A DNA stretch of 64,000 nucleotides. Origin: Methanotrichaceae archaeon. GTDB lineage: Archaea > Halobacteriota > Methanosarcinia > Methanotrichales > Methanotrichaceae. Position numbers and translations under genes: made by a program. The DNA lies in the NCBI GenBank assembly GCA_963813075.1, contig CAWEXU010000004.1:128001-192000 (forward strand). Reading direction: 5' to 3'. Positions 31,978 through 47,432 of this stretch are shown here, in pieces; the first letter of the stretch is position 1; the number at the start of each line of letters is the position of its first letter. Under the pieces are notes generated by a model. The model worked only from the letters and a program-made list of their open reading frames with translations, had not been told where the DNA came from and ran no database searches.

Positions 31978-32769
31978 TCAGCTCTCCAGGGTGCCCATAG
32001 AATTCACTAAAACCCGTCCATCGTCCTCACCCAGCTCGCAGGATTCGCTGGCCATAAAGCCATCACCCTTCCGCCTCATCTCGCAGACTATCTTGCCATC
32101 CACGATCCTCAATATGCGGTCGGTCTTCTCCGCCAGGGTCATGTCATGGGTCACCAGGATGAATGTCTGGTTGATCTTTTGGTTCAGCTCCCGGAGCAGG
32201 TTGTATATCAGCTCAGATGATTTCGTGTCCAGGTTGCCGGTCAGCTCATCGCCTATAACGATGGAGGGACTGTTGGCCAGGGCCCTGGCCACTGCCACCC
32301 GCTGGTTCTGGCCGCCGGAGAGCTGATTGGGCCGGCTGTGCAATCGGTCCCCCAGGCCGACGGCAAAAAGAAGCTCCTCCGCCTGCTTATGGGCCTCGGC
32401 CTTGCTCTTGTTGGCGATGAGCATGGGCATCATCACATTCTCCACCGCGGTGAACTCCGGGATCAGATGGTGGTATTGAAAGACGAATCCAAGCTCCTGG
32501 TTTCGCAGGCGGGCGCGCTCATCCGCACTGGCGCGACTGACATCGATCCCCTTGAGATAGATATGGCCGGAAGTTGGGGTATCCAACAGGCCGATCATAT
32601 TGAGCAGGGTGCTCTTGCCGCTGCCGCTTGGGCCGACGATGGCCACGAACTCACCGGCCTTGATCCTCACGCTGACCCCGTCCAGGGCGCGGACCTCCAC
32701 CCCGTTTCCATAGATCTTGGACAGATCCTTTAGCACAATTATGTCATCATCCCTGTTATTCACTGCCAA
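31978..32769 (-). CDS. ABC transporter ATPase, LolD/MacB-like
   Basis: GPSGSGKST, GFVFQ, LSGGQNQRVA and DELTGNLD. Confidence 0.95.
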   Translation of the reverse strand: MAVNNRDDDIIVLKDLSKIYGNGVEVRALDGVSVRIKAGEFVAIVGPSGSGKSTLLNMIGLLDTPTSGHIYLKGIDVSRASADERARLRNQELGFVFQYHHLIPEFTAVENVMMPMLIANKSKAEAHKQAEELLFAVGLGDRLHSRPNQLSGGQNQRVAVARALANSPSIVIGDELTGNLDTKSSELIYNLLRELNQKINQTFILVTHDMTLAEKTDRILRIVDGKIVCEMRRKGDGFMASESCELGEDDGRVLVNSMGTLES

Positions 32770-33914
32770 TCGCCTCCACCGGGTCCAGCCGTGCCGCTGA
32801 ATATGCTGGATACAGCCCGGAGATGAAGTTTAGGGAAAGGGCAAAGAGCAGGGCAATGGCAATGTACTCCGGCCTGGCGGCAATAGAGACTCCACTTCCC
32901 GCTGCTGCGCTGGTCACATTCAGGGGTAGAATGGTTATCGCCCATGGCGGCAGCATAGCCTAAGATTGCCCCCAGGACTCCTGCCGGGATGCTGATGAGC
33001 ATGTTCTCCAGCAAGAATATCATCAGTACAGAGCGCCTTTTCGCCCCCATGGCCATAAGTATCCCTATCTCCCGCCTCCGTTTGCTCACCACCATTATCG
33101 TCGTATTGGCTATGACGAAGGCTGATATTAAAAGTATGAACATGTAGAAGAGAATGTTGGTTACGCCCTGGTTTCCCACGAACCTGGCGATCTCCTGGCT
33201 GAAGTCCTGCCAGCTGGTGGCCCTGTACGGGCTGATATCATTCAGCTCCCGGGCCAATGCCGGGGCTCTGGTGTAGTCCTCAAGCTTCACCCCGATTTCA
33301 GTTACCACATCCCCCTCACCCGCCAGATCCTGGGCAGCCTTCAGGGATAGATAGACCAGGCTCTCGTCCTTGACCGTACCCTTTTCTATTATGCCGATGG
33401 CCTTCAGCCGGACGGTCTCGTTTTTCAGGTAGAGATAGAAGTCTCCGCCCTGGCGAATGCCAAGATTCCGGGCCAGCTTGATCCCAATAAATGCCCCTTT
33501 GTTATTGAATCTGAGGTCGGAGAAGTCCCCAGAGACCGCTGACTCCTGAATTTTCATTAAATTTTCCTCCCGCCCGGGAAGGACGCCCACAAACTCCACC
33601 GATTGCACATTGTCCTGGAAACGGGCCGCACCCTGCCCCACCAACCTGGGGGAGACGGCATCTACACCGGGATAGGATTCCACCTGATCGGACAGGGTGC
33701 GGTACATGTTGATGTAGCTCTCGCTCTCTTTGGGGCCGATCAAAAGATGTGGATTCTTGTTCACAGTGTTCTCGATGATCTGGCTGCTCACGCTCTCAGT
33801 CAGCCCCAGGGACATGATGATAATTGCCACCGCAATTGCAACTGAGATCAGGGTGAAGGCCGTCCCTCTTCGATTGCTCACTATATGCCGCAGGGCAACA
33901 TCCAGCTCGAACAT
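32756..33914 (-). CDS. ABC transporter permease, LolE/FtsX/MacB-like (frameshift near 32945)
   Basis: EIGILMAMGA; C-terminus YPAYSAARLDPVEAI is in ORF 32756..32956. Confidence 0.9.
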
Positions 33915-33932
33915 ATCTTGATCAGCCCCGCA

Positions 33933-35144
33933 CTATCCCCCTCTCAGGGCGATGACCGGATCGATTCGGGAGGCTTTTTTAGCCGGATAAAGCGCAGCCA
34001 CGATGCTAAGAGCCACCACCAGGAGATTTAAAAGGAGAATATCCCCGGGGTTCAGGATGAGGGGAAGGGTGGTGATCACGCTCCCTCCGGCGGCAACTTC
34101 AAAGGGGACCCGTCCCAGATAGTAAACGCCCAAAAGGCCCACCGCAGATCCTGCAGCCGCCCCCACCAGACCCAGGAGGGCACTCTCCGCCAGAAAGATG
34201 TTGCGGATGTCCTTTCGCCTCGCTCCCATGGCCATGAGCATGCCGATCTCTTTGGTCTTCTCCACCACCATCAGGTTCATGATGCTGGCCACGCCGAAGA
34301 ATGCCACCACCATGAATAGCAGTATGGAAAGCCTGGTCCAGAACCCGCCGATGTTTATCGCCCGCGTGATCTCCGGGTTTTTCTCCTCCCAGCTTCTGGC
34401 GTTGTACCCCCAGGAGGATATCACATCGGCCAGGCTCCGTGACTCGCGGATGTCATCCAGGCTTATCTCCAGGGCATTTATCACATCCCCCTCATCTTTG
34501 AAGTTGCGGGCGGTATCTAAAGAGACAAATGCCACCAGTTCGTCCAGAGGGGTGCCGGTCTGGAAGATCGCCGCCACCACCAGGTCGACGCTGCGGGACC
34601 TGGGAAATGTGGCCGAGATCCTGTCCCCGAGCTTCAGGTCCAGATCCTCAGCCAGCGTCACCCCAATCGCCGCATTTCGGTCCAGCTCTACGCTTACGAA
34701 ATCACCTTCGACCAGTGAGCCCTGGATTTTGTATATCCGGTCTATATCCAGAGGGTCAGAGCCTTTCAAGAGGGCGTTTTTGGTCTTATCCTTGCGGGAG
34801 AGAGTGGCCGGGGTGGAGAGGGAGGCGGCAGCGGACCTCAGGCCCGGCTGGGAGGCGATCCGGTCGGTGAGGCTGCCATAGAGGTGGATGAAGTCTTCTC
34901 CCTCCCTGGGCTCGACCACCACATGAGGCAGTTTCTCCTCCACCAGACCGGTGAGTATCTGCTGCTGGCCGGTGATAAGTGAGGAGAAGATGACGGAGAT
35001 GCTCACCGCCAGGCCCACCGCTAAAACGGAAAGGAACGTCTGCCGCCTTCTGCGCATCACATGCCGCAGAGCTATGGTCAGAGGAAGAGACTTCAGGAGG
35101 CCGAGAATATTCAGATCCATCTTTGAGATCCATGATAAGATCAT
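33933..35144 (-). CDS. ABC transporter permease, LolE/FtsX/MacB-like
   Basis: EKTKEIGMLMAMGA and YPAKKASRIDPVIALR. Confidence 0.95.
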   Translation of the reverse strand: MILSWISKMDLNILGLLKSLPLTIALRHVMRRRRQTFLSVLAVGLAVSISVIFSSLITGQQQILTGLVEEKLPHVVVEPREGEDFIHLYGSLTDRIASQPGLRSAAASLSTPATLSRKDKTKNALLKGSDPLDIDRIYKIQGSLVEGDFVSVELDRNAAIGVTLAEDLDLKLGDRISATFPRSRSVDLVVAAIFQTGTPLDELVAFVSLDTARNFKDEGDVINALEISLDDIRESRSLADVISSWGYNARSWEEKNPEITRAINIGGFWTRLSILLFMVVAFFGVASIMNLMVVEKTKEIGMLMAMGARRKDIRNIFLAESALLGLVGAAAGSAVGLLGVYYLGRVPFEVAAGGSVITTLPLILNPGDILLLNLLVVALSIVAALYPAKKASRIDPVIALRGG

Positions 35145-35213
35145 TCCGATCCATTTAGACCTGACGCTAATGGATAAAATATTTAAAGAAACTTCCCAAT
35201 CCTGGTTCAGAAC

Positions 35214-35681
35214 TTGTTGAGGGGCATTATGGTCTTAGAAAGGGTCAGGTCGGCAGCAATCTTATTCATCCTGCTTGCGTTTCTCTGTGCGCAAACCTCC
35301 GGGGTTGAGAACAAGACAGCATACACCCGCGATGGGGTGCACTTTGTGAGCAAAGAGAGGATGGAGGAGAACATATTATATGAGTACGCCCAGCCGGGCG
35401 ACTATCGTAGTGTCCAGGTCCCACTGGATACATTAGTCGTCGGTGCATCGGTCATACCGGAGTGGTTGGAAGAAGAAGAAGAGGAAGAAAAGGAGCAGGA
35501 GGCGAAGGAGAATGAAACGGACGAGGGCGAAGATTCTCCTGATGCCGAAGAGGATGCTTCAAAATATCCCTATGCCGCGATTGGCGTTGGACTGCTACTG
35601 ATCGTGGGCCTGGTTGCACTGGTGGCCTGGACTAAAAGCCGTAAAAGCCGGCGGGGCCGCCGAAAGCTCAGGCGAAGGTAA
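35214..35681 (+). CDS. Membrane-anchored hypothetical protein
   Basis: Signal peptide, acidic linker, C-terminal TM helix followed by a basic tail. Confidence 0.75.
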   Translation: MLRGIMVLERVRSAAILFILLAFLCAQTSGVENKTAYTRDGVHFVSKERMEENILYEYAQPGDYRSVQVPLDTLVVGASVIPEWLEEEEEEEKEQEAKENETDEGEDSPDAEEDASKYPYAAIGVGLLLIVGLVALVAWTKSRKSRRGRRKLRRR

Positions 35682-35686
35682 AGATC

Positions 35687-37813
35687 ATGGCCAATGGGCT
35701 CAGGGCGGAATTGATAATTTTTTTAGTTTTAGCACTGCAAGGCTTTGGGGATCTGATAGCAGTAGAGGACGGGCTTTCCAGCAGGGATGCAGGCGAAGTC
35801 AGCTACCAGGTCATCCCCCGCGAGGTCCTTTTCGGCACCCCGGAGAGGGTCGGGGTCCTGATCAGCCCGGATGGCAACTGGCTCAGCTATCTTTCGGCAG
35901 AGAGCGGATACTTCAACATCTGGATCGCTCCTGTGAACAGAACCCTCTCCTCTTCTGATGAGGGTCGGATATCAAAATCCAATAAATCGAATATATCTCG
36001 GGTGGAGCTATCTGGAGCAAGACCGATCACCAATGAGACCATTCGAGGGGTTGAAAGCTATTTTTGGGCCAACGACGGTCGCCATATAGTCTTTTGTCGG
36101 GACACCTTTGGCGATGAGAACTGGCATATCTACTCGTTGGACATAACAACCGGCGAGAAGCTGGACCTGACACCTTTTGATAATGTCAGCTCATATGTGC
36201 AGGCAGCGAGCAGTCAGATTCCAGGAGAGGTCCTGATTGGTCTTAACAACAGGAACCGGTCTTACCACGACCTGTACCTGATAAACATCACCACTGGAAA
36301 GAGGAACCTGATTCTGAGGAATGATCATTTTGCGGGATTCCTGGTCGACGACGACCTGGAAGTGAGGTTGGCCATAAATGTTACGATGGACGGAATGGAA
36401 TACCTGGAGCCTGCCGGCAATGGCTCCTGGACGCCTTTCATGAAGATCGATTACCAGGATAGCGCCACCACCTTCCCCCTGGGATTCGACCGGACGGGAA
36501 ACGTCCTTTATATGTCTGAGGGCCGGGAGAGAAATACTGCAGCACTGCTGGCCAGGGATCTCTTAACGGGAAATACAGAAATCCTGGCCCAGGACCCCAG
36601 ATCCAACCCGGGCCCCACCCTGATTCACCCCAACGATCTTACCGTTCAGGCGGTGAACTTCAACTATTACCGCCATAACTGGACGGTCCTTGACGAATCC
36701 ATCCGCCCTGACCTGGAATATCTGCACCAGCTTGATCCTGGTGACCTGGTGGTGCCCTCTCGCTCATTAGACGACAGCATCTGGATTGCCGGCTTCATAA
36801 GCGATATTGCTCCGGCCAGGTATTATCTGTACGACCGGAGAGCGAAATCCGCCGAGCTTCTCTTCAGCGCTAATAAAGTGCAAGAGAGGCTGGCTCTTTC
36901 GAAGATGCATTGCGCAACCATAAAGTCCCGCGACGGCCTGGACCTGGTCAGCTACTATACCCTCCCACCCTGGGCAGATGAAGACGGCGACGGAATACCA
37001 AATGAGCCACTTCCTATGGTGCTGTGCGTTCACGGCGGACCCTGGGAGAGGGACTCCTGGGGGTTTGACCAAACCCATCAGCTACTGGCCAACCGGGGTT
37101 ATGTAGCCCTCAGCGTGAACTTCCGGGGCTCCTCTGGATTTGGTAAAGACTTCATCAATGCCGGGGATGGAGAATGGGGCAGAAAGATGGAAGACGACCT
37201 TTTAGATGCTGTCCGCTGGTCGACGGAGAACGGGATCGCAGATCCGGAGCGGATCGCCATACTGGGGCTCAGCTACGGCGGTTATGCTACCCTTTCCGCA
37301 CTGGCCAATTCAGGTGATTTATTCGCATGCGGAGTTGATATCTGCGGCCCCTCCAATCTCACCTCGTTTCTCCTTTCCCTGCCCGACTACTGGAAGCCAA
37401 GTTTGGAGGTCAAGCTCAGGAGGATTGGCGACTACAGAACCGAGGAGGGCAGAAGGCTGCTGGATGAAATTTCCCCCCTCAACCGGGCGGATCGGATCGA
37501 AAAGCCTATATTGATAGCGCAGGGGGCAAACGATCCGCGGGTGAATAAGAATGAGTCCGAACAGATCGTCCGCGCCCTGGAAGAGAAAGGCGTCCCGGTG
37601 ACTTATGCCCTCTTTCCGGACGAGGGACACGGTCTTGTCCAGCCGGGGAACGGCCTGGCCTTTTACGCCATCACCGAGGCATTCCTGGCTGAGCACCTGG
37701 GGGGAAGATACGAATCCATAGGCACGGCCCTGAACGGCTCATCCATCACCGTCCCCGTTGGAGCGGATCAGATACCGGGCCTGGCTCAGGCTTTAGCTTA
37801 TAAAACCTCATAA
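35687..37813 (+). CDS. S9 (prolyl oligopeptidase/dipeptidyl aminopeptidase) family peptidase
   Basis: VHGGPW, NFRGSSGFG, GLSYGG, QGANDPRV and DEGHG. Confidence 0.95.
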   Translation: MANGLRAELIIFLVLALQGFGDLIAVEDGLSSRDAGEVSYQVIPREVLFGTPERVGVLISPDGNWLSYLSAESGYFNIWIAPVNRTLSSSDEGRISKSNKSNISRVELSGARPITNETIRGVESYFWANDGRHIVFCRDTFGDENWHIYSLDITTGEKLDLTPFDNVSSYVQAASSQIPGEVLIGLNNRNRSYHDLYLINITTGKRNLILRNDHFAGFLVDDDLEVRLAINVTMDGMEYLEPAGNGSWTPFMKIDYQDSATTFPLGFDRTGNVLYMSEGRERNTAALLARDLLTGNTEILAQDPRSNPGPTLIHPNDLTVQAVNFNYYRHNWTVLDESIRPDLEYLHQLDPGDLVVPSRSLDDSIWIAGFISDIAPARYYLYDRRAKSAELLFSANKVQERLALSKMHCATIKSRDGLDLVSYYTLPPWADEDGDGIPNEPLPMVLCVHGGPWERDSWGFDQTHQLLANRGYVALSVNFRGSSGFGKDFINAGDGEWGRKMEDDLLDAVRWSTENGIADPERIAILGLSYGGYATLSALANSGDLFACGVDICGPSNLTSFLLSLPDYWKPSLEVKLRRIGDYRTEEGRRLLDEISPLNRADRIEKPILIAQGANDPRVNKNESEQIVRALEEKGVPVTYALFPDEGHGLVQPGNGLAFYAITEAFLAEHLGGRYESIGTALNGSSITVPVGADQIPGLAQALAYKTS

Positions 37814-37844
37814 TCCCGATCTTGACGGAGGAGTCGGTGCATTT

Positions 37845-38452
37845 TCAGCCTTTGAGAAAGACCGCTTCCACCTGGCTTCGAAGAAGCTCGACCCCCCTCA
37901 CCCTCATCTTCCAGCGGACACTTTTGATTGAGGCTGGCACCAGGGGGTAGAATAGCTCTATTGTCTCCGATTCTGTGAAGTAGTGGGTGATAACTCCCGC
38001 CCCCCGCAGAAATGTTGACTCCTCCACCTCCTGGCCGGTACCCATGCGCATATCATCCCTGGCAAACTCCCGGAAAAACAGCCTTCCACCAGGTTTGAGC
38101 ACTCTTGATACCTCGCCGGCCAGTGCCCTGCGCCCGGAAAGGTAAAGGTGACCGGCCACATGATAGGCGAACACGCCTTCGAAGCTATCGCTTTTGAAAG
38201 GGCAACCTTTTTGCATCGGCCAGGACCGGATCGGAATGGGAAAGGGATCGATTGCACAATTGCAGAGCAGGGAGGGATATGTCCAGGGCAGCGACCCTCC
38301 AGCTTCCGAGGCATAGCGGAGAGGGTCTTGCCGTCTCCGCAGCCAAGCTCCAGGACCCGGGAACCCGCGGGCAGGTCGGGCAGGTTGCGAACACCGCCCC
38401 CCCACAGCCGACCGCGGCGGGAGTAGTCACTATCCCAGGCCTTTATGGTCAT
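37845..38452 (-). CDS. Class I SAM-dependent methyltransferase (frameshifted)
   Basis: VLELGCGDGK, VAALDIS, ADAKRLPF and RVLKPGG distributed over three frames. Confidence 0.85.
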
Positions 38453-38542
38453 GTTCACCTGGCAGATCATCCCAAAAAACAGATTATATAGGCGCTATGC
38501 ACCAGATTTGGCCAGCGCCTATCCACTTCAATATGTAGCCGA

Positions 38543-39100
38543 TTATCTTGCCGCTTTGGCCACGCGCTCCACGCTGTCCTTGTGGTTTATGGCGTAGCTC
38601 TTGACATCGCGGTTGGCTGCCGCGATGATCTCATCGGCTAAAGCCGCCTTTGCCGTCTTGGTTTTCTTGAATGAGGCAGCATGAGCGCCCTTGGCGATGA
38701 ACATCAGAGCGGTGTCCACCCTCCTCTGGGGCGCGGTGTCCACTGCTTTGGGCACGGTTATGCCGCCGTACTTGAGACGGACGACCTCTTCCCGCGGCCC
38801 GGCGTTGGCAATGGCCTGGCCCAGAACGGTAAGGGGGTTCTCCTTGGTCCTCTTGGCGATGATATCGAACGCCCCTTCCACTATGGCATAAGCCTTGAGC
38901 TTCTTGCCGGTGTTCTTCTCCTTGCGCATCATCTTATTGACCAGGCGCTCGACGATATGCTGCTCGGACTTCTTGAACTGCTGCTTGGCATGCTTTCCGC
39001 CGGAGTGCACGACCGCTTTTGGCGTGAGGTTCATATATCCTCTCACTCCGGGATCCAGGACCTCGGTCTCAATATTTTCCCATTTGCCGAATAACTTCAT
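38543..39100 (-). CDS. rps7: 30S ribosomal protein uS7
   Basis: MKLFGKW...IVERLVN...PREE...[11 protein letters not shown]...ERVAKAAR. Confidence 0.95.
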   Translation of the reverse strand: MKLFGKWENIETEVLDPGVRGYMNLTPKAVVHSGGKHAKQQFKKSEQHIVERLVNKMMRKEKNTGKKLKAYAIVEGAFDIIAKRTKENPLTVLGQAIANAGPREEVVRLKYGGITVPKAVDTAPQRRVDTALMFIAKGAHAASFKKTKTAKAALADEIIAAANRDVKSYAINHKDSVERVAKAAR

Positions 39101-39105
39101 GTCGA

Positions 39106-39535
39106 TCACCTCACCGGCTTCTCTTTTCTGCCCCGCACAAGCTCCTGCTAGGGATACGTTATTGACAGCGATGACCTTGAATCTGACTCCAGGGATATCT
39201 CCCATGGACCGGCCCTGACGCCCACCGATGCGGTCTACCAGGACCTCATCGTGCTCATCTATGAATCCGATGGCTCCATCGCCCGGGGCAAAGGCCGTAA
39301 CCTGACGGCCGTTCTTGATCAGCTGAATGCGCACTGCCTTTCTTATGGCCGAGTTGGGCTGTTTGGCCTCAATTCCGACCTTCTCCAGGACAATACCCCT
39401 TCCCATGGGCGCTCCACCCAGGGGGTCAGCCTTCATCTTGCTCCCTGACATCCTGCGGATAAACTTGGGATGGCTCCACCTCATTGTCTTCCTATCACTC
39501 TCCAGTTTCCTGGCTGCATAGATTCCATTTCCCAT
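39106..39535 (-). CDS. rps12: 30S ribosomal protein uS12 (1-nt insertion near 39150)
   Basis: [11 protein letters not shown] and [10 protein letters not shown]; removing one base restores the [17 protein letters not shown]-terminus. Confidence 0.95.
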
Positions 39536-39583
39536 TCATTTCACCTTGAATAAATCATGATCTGCCACTGAAATCGGGTTCCG

Positions 39584-40015
39584 TCATTGAATTATGATAT
39601 CATCAACGCCATGGTGCCTCTGTGCAAGCATCTTGGCTTTAAGTATGTTGCGACCATCCCTGCCGATGGCAATGCCCTTGTCCTTATTTGCTACCTCTAC
39701 ATAAGCCAATCGCTTACTATTCTTGTTCACGACCATGACGTTCTTGATGGCCGCGGGCTGGAAGAGGTTCTCCAGGAACTCTTTGACGTCCTCGCTATAC
39801 TCCACGATCTCGATCTGCTTGCCGACCGATTTCTTGACCCGGTTGATGTTCGAGCCCTTCCGGCCTATGGCCGCGCCCATATCCCCTTTTTTGATGACGA
39901 AGATGATCCGCTCGTTCTCTTCGTCTACCACACAGTCCCTTGCCATGCCTCCGGTGAGGCTTTCAAACAGGGCTATATACCTGATTCCTTCGGTGGTGAG
40001 CTTGAACTCACTCAT
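39584..40015 (-). CDS. nusA: Archaeal NusA
   Basis: Two KH motifs (AIGRKG, AIGRDG); canonical operon position. Confidence 0.95.
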   Translation of the reverse strand: MSEFKLTTEGIRYIALFESLTGGMARDCVVDEENERIIFVIKKGDMGAAIGRKGSNINRVKKSVGKQIEIVEYSEDVKEFLENLFQPAAIKNVMVVNKNSKRLAYVEVANKDKGIAIGRDGRNILKAKMLAQRHHGVDDIIIQ

Positions 40016-40320
40016 GCCTCAACACCCCGGATCTCGCGCTGCAGTGCCATTATCTCCGAGTCGCCTGGCTCGATGATGGCCAACGCAGCCACGGAGAAAG
40101 GTTTTCCGCAGGCAGATCCGAGGTCCTTGCCCATGCCCTGATAACCGTAGACCGGCAGGTCCATGGTCTCCAGTTGCATCCGCACGTCTGCAGGGCAATC
40201 CAGGGCATAAACTATGAGTTTTGCCTGTCCGCTAACTCCTGCTTCAATGGTACTATTCGATCCTAGCATCACATTTCCGGTTCTGATGGAACTTCTTAAC
40301 GCTCTATCTACATTGATCAT
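40012..40320 (-). CDS. rpl30e: 50S ribosomal protein eL30
   Basis: TGNVMLG, LGSACGKPF and PGDSEI. Confidence 0.95.
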   Translation of the reverse strand: MINVDRALRSSIRTGNVMLGSNSTIEAGVSGQAKLIVYALDCPADVRMQLETMDLPVYGYQGMGKDLGSACGKPFSVAALAIIEPGDSEIMALQREIRGVEA

Positions 40321-40325
40321 CGTTA

Positions 40326-44092
<3,767 letters not shown>

Positions 44093-44100
44093 ATTTACTC

Positions 44101-45940
44101 CTAAACAGCGTCTTCCAGGATCAGTCGTGGCGCTACACCAAGCGATTTGATCTCATCCAAGAGGAGCTTGAAGGCATAGCTCATCTCCACCGGATAGATC
44201 TCCGTGTCTGCTCCGCAGGTCGGGCAGAAGTCCGCATTTCTCCGCCGGTCGTGAATGGCGATCATGCCGCAATGGCTGCAGACGAGCTCTGTGACCTTGT
44301 CCGATTCGTCCACCAGACGCTCCTTGAGCGCCAGAGCGGCTCCATGGGCGATGAGAACATCCCTCTCCATCTCGCCGAACCTCAGGCCTCCTTCCCTCGC
44401 CCGGCCTTCTGTCGGCTGGCGGGTGAGTACCTGCACCGGCCCTCGGGAGCGGGCGTGCATCTTGCCTGTGACCATGTGGTAGAGCTTCTGATAGAGGATC
44501 ACTCCCACGAAGAGGTCGGCCATGATCTGCTCTCCTGTAGCTCCATTGTACAGTATCTCCCTGCCGGTATGGGAGAATCCGAACTTCATAAGGGCAGAGC
44601 GGAGTTCCGGCTCGTTCTCTCCTAAGAATGCCGTGGCATCGATGAACCTCCCATCCAGGGAGCCGACCTTGCCGCCGATCATCTCCAGGACGTGGCCCAC
44701 AGTCATCCGGGAGGGGATGGCATGGGGGTTTAGCAAGAGGTCCGGCACTACGCCCGATTCGGTGAAGGGCATATCCTCCTGGGGAACGATCAGGCCCACC
44801 ACACCCTTCTGGCCGTGGCGGGAGGCGAACTTGTCGCCCAATTCCGGGATTCGCTGGTCGCGGCTCTTGACCTTGGCCAGGCGGTTGCCGTTGGAGGATT
44901 CGGTCAGGATGACCATATCCACCACCCCTTTCTCATTGGAGCGCATGGTCACCGAGGTCTCTCTTCTCTGCTGGGGGGTCAGGCCGAACTCCGAGGGCTC
45001 TTCCAGAAACCGGGGTGGGCTGGTCTTGCCGATCAGAACGTCGTTGGGACCCACATAGGCATTGGGGTTGACCAGGCCGTCTGAGTCAAGCTGGTCATAG
45101 GCCTCGCTACCTCTCGCTCCCCGGACCTCAACATCCGGGATCTCGAACTTGTCCTCCTGGCCGCCGGGATACTTGCGCTCCTCTGCCTCCGAGACCCGGA
45201 AGAAGTGGCTGCGAGCCAGTCCGCGCTGGATTGAGCCCCGGTTCATGACCAGAGCATCCTCAATGTTATATCCCTCGTAAGCCAGGACTGCCACCACGAA
45301 GTTCTGGCCGGCAGGCCTCTCGTCAAAGCCTATGGCCTTGGAGGTCTTCGTCCGCACTATGGCCTTCTGGGGGCTGTTGAGGTAATGGCCCCGGGTATCA
45401 GGGCCGGAGCCTCATGTTGGCGGTGGACATGCCCAGGCACTGCTTGACCATCCCTGCTCCCATGGTGTTCCTGGGGCTGGCGTTGTGCTCGGGGTAGGGA
45501 ACCAGGCCGGCGGCGATTCCCAGGATCATGGATGGATCGAGCTCCAGGTGGGTGTGATCAGGGGTGATGTCCTCCTCCCAGATGGCAATGAGGCTGTTTT
45601 CCTCCTCCTCTGCGTCCAGGTATTCCACCAGGCCTCCTGAAACCAGATCGGCAAATGTCATCTCTCCTCTCAGGATCTTGTTGACATGCTCTTCGGTGAC
45701 CCGAGCCCGGCCATCCTCGACCACGATCAGAGGCCTCCGAGCCCGGCCGGAGTCGGTGTTCATGAAGATCTCGCCGGTGTCCTCGAAATAGGCCACGTTT
45801 GTCTGGCTGTTGATGCTCCCCGAGCGCCGGAGGCGGCGGAGGTTCTCGATCAGAGTCTTGGGGTCATCATGATAGCCCACTATCTCGCCGTTCACATATA
45901 CTCTGGCGCCGCCAGTCTGTACTTCAGCCAATGCTACCAC
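44101..45940 (-). CDS. rpoB1: RNA polymerase subunit B' (frameshifted near 45370-45400)
   Basis: [11 protein letters not shown] (ORF 45398..45940); [12 protein letters not shown] and [11 protein letters not shown] (ORF 44101..45357). Confidence 0.95.
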
Positions 45941-47432
45941 CTACCGAAATTATCCCTAAATCCATCAGAATCTTCTTGATATCTTCTGCATCGTCTACCC
46001 CTTTGGAGAGCTCGACGCCCTGGGCGAAGTTCTTCACCAGGCCGCAGTTCGGACCCTCAGGCGTCTCTGAGGGACAGATGCGCCCCCACTGAGTGGCATG
46101 CAGATCTCTGGCCTCGAAGTGGGGCTGGGACCGGGACAGTGGCGATATCACCCGGCGCAGATGGGAGAGGGTGGCCATGTAGTCGGTCCGGTCCAGGAGC
46201 TGGGAGACGCCGGTTCTTCCACCTACCCAGTTGCCTGTGGCCAGGGGGTGAATCATCCTCTCGGTAAGGACGTCCGCCCGGACGGTGGTCACCACATTCA
46301 GGTCCCTGTTTCTCATGCTCGCCCTCTCCAGCTGGTATTTTATGTCTCGGGTCAAACGGTTGAAGGCCACCCGGAAGAGGTCTTCCATCAGGTCTCCAGA
46401 GAGCTTGAGCCTCTTGTTGGAGTAGTGGTCCTTGTCGTCCTCGCTCCTCCGGGCTAAGGCCAGTTCGAAGCAGGCCTCGGCCATGCGGGAGAGGAAGAGA
46501 GCTTTTGCATACCGGTCCTTCTCCTCGACGCCGATGTGGGGGAGGAGGTAGCGGTCCAGGACATATGTCGCCCTCTTCTTCTGGTACTCTTTGGCCTGGC
46601 CGGCGGCAACGCGAGAGCCTATCTTCTCCAGGGCCTCGTCGTTGGTCGAGACCTCTGCCTCCTCCAGGTTCTCCAGCATGAACTTGATGATCTCCGGGTT
46701 ATCTGATACAGATTTGACGATATCCATATCCGTCTCCATGCCCAGGGAGCGGAGGAGGGTGACGAAGTTGAGCCTGCCCGAGACCGAGGGGAATGAGACC
46801 TCCAGGATGGATCGGCGGCCCCTCTCCACAATGACCAGAGATCTGTAGCCCTGCCTCTGACTGAAGACCTTGGCCACCTCGATGTTCTCGTCGTAGCGCT
46901 GGTTGTACTCCACCAGGATCTTGTTTGGCGCCAGGTCCTCCAGGGTCATTATCACCCTCTCCGAGCCGTTGACCACGAAGTAGCCGCCGGGGTCAGAGGG
47001 ATCCTCTCCAAAGGCGATCATCTCGTCAGAGGTGAGGCCGGAGAGGTTGCAGACCTTGGAGTTGAGCATGATGGGCAGGGTCCCTATGTCCGCCTCCACC
47101 GGGTCTTTCTCCGTCTCCCCCTCAACTATTGTCATCTCCAGCTTGATTGGCGAGGAATAGGTCAGGTTGCGCAGGCGGGCGTCGTTGGGGTAGAGCCTCT
47201 CCACCGAGCCGTCCGCCTCCCGGACCATGGGCCTTTCCACCCGGATGTTCCCCAGTTTCACATAGGTGTTCTCGATGTTGGTCTCTATGATATTTACCTC
47301 ATCGATCACCTTTTGCAGGCCTTTGTCTATGAAATCGTTGAAAGAGTTTATATGATGATGCACCAGTTTATCCCTGGTAAAATAGGCGCTATAAAGAGCA
47401 TTTCTGTCGAGCAAGAGACCACCTTTAATCAA
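45924..47432 (-). CDS. rpoB2: RNA polymerase subunit B''
   Basis: GGYFVVNGSERV and CPSETPEGPNCGLVKN. Confidence 0.97.
   Translation of the reverse strand: MIKGGLLLDRNALYSAYFTRDKLVHHHINSFNDFIDKGLQKVIDEVNIIETNIENTYVKLGNIRVERPMVREADGSVERLYPNDARLRNLTYSSPIKLEMTIVEGETEKDPVEADIGTLPIMLNSKVCNLSGLTSDEMIAFGEDPSDPGGYFVVNGSERVIMTLEDLAPNKILVEYNQRYDENIEVAKVFSQRQGYRSLVIVERGRRSILEVSFPSVSGRLNFVTLLRSLGMETDMDIVKSVSDNPEIIKFMLENLEEAEVSTNDEALEKIGSRVAAGQAKEYQKKRATYVLDRYLLPHIGVEEKDRYAKALFLSRMAEACFELALARRSEDDKDHYSNKRLKLSGDLMEDLFRVAFNRLTRDIKYQLERASMRNRDLNVVTTVRADVLTERMIHPLATGNWVGGRTGVSQLLDRTDYMATLSHLRRVISPLSRSQPHFEARDLHATQWGRICPSETPEGPNCGLVKNFAQGVELSKGVDDAEDIKKILMDLGIISVGGSIG

Noticed and set aside
38543..39535. Apparent uS12-uS7 fusion protein (330 aa)
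   Set aside because: One extra base near 39150 explains it. Removing it restores the normal uS12 C-terminus and stop at 39106, and uS7 has its own ATG at 39100.
45357..45940. Three-way split of RNA polymerase subunit B, or programmed frameshifting in core genes
   Set aside because: The B''/B' split is normal. The extra break has no slippery-site signature and matches the window-wide indel pattern.
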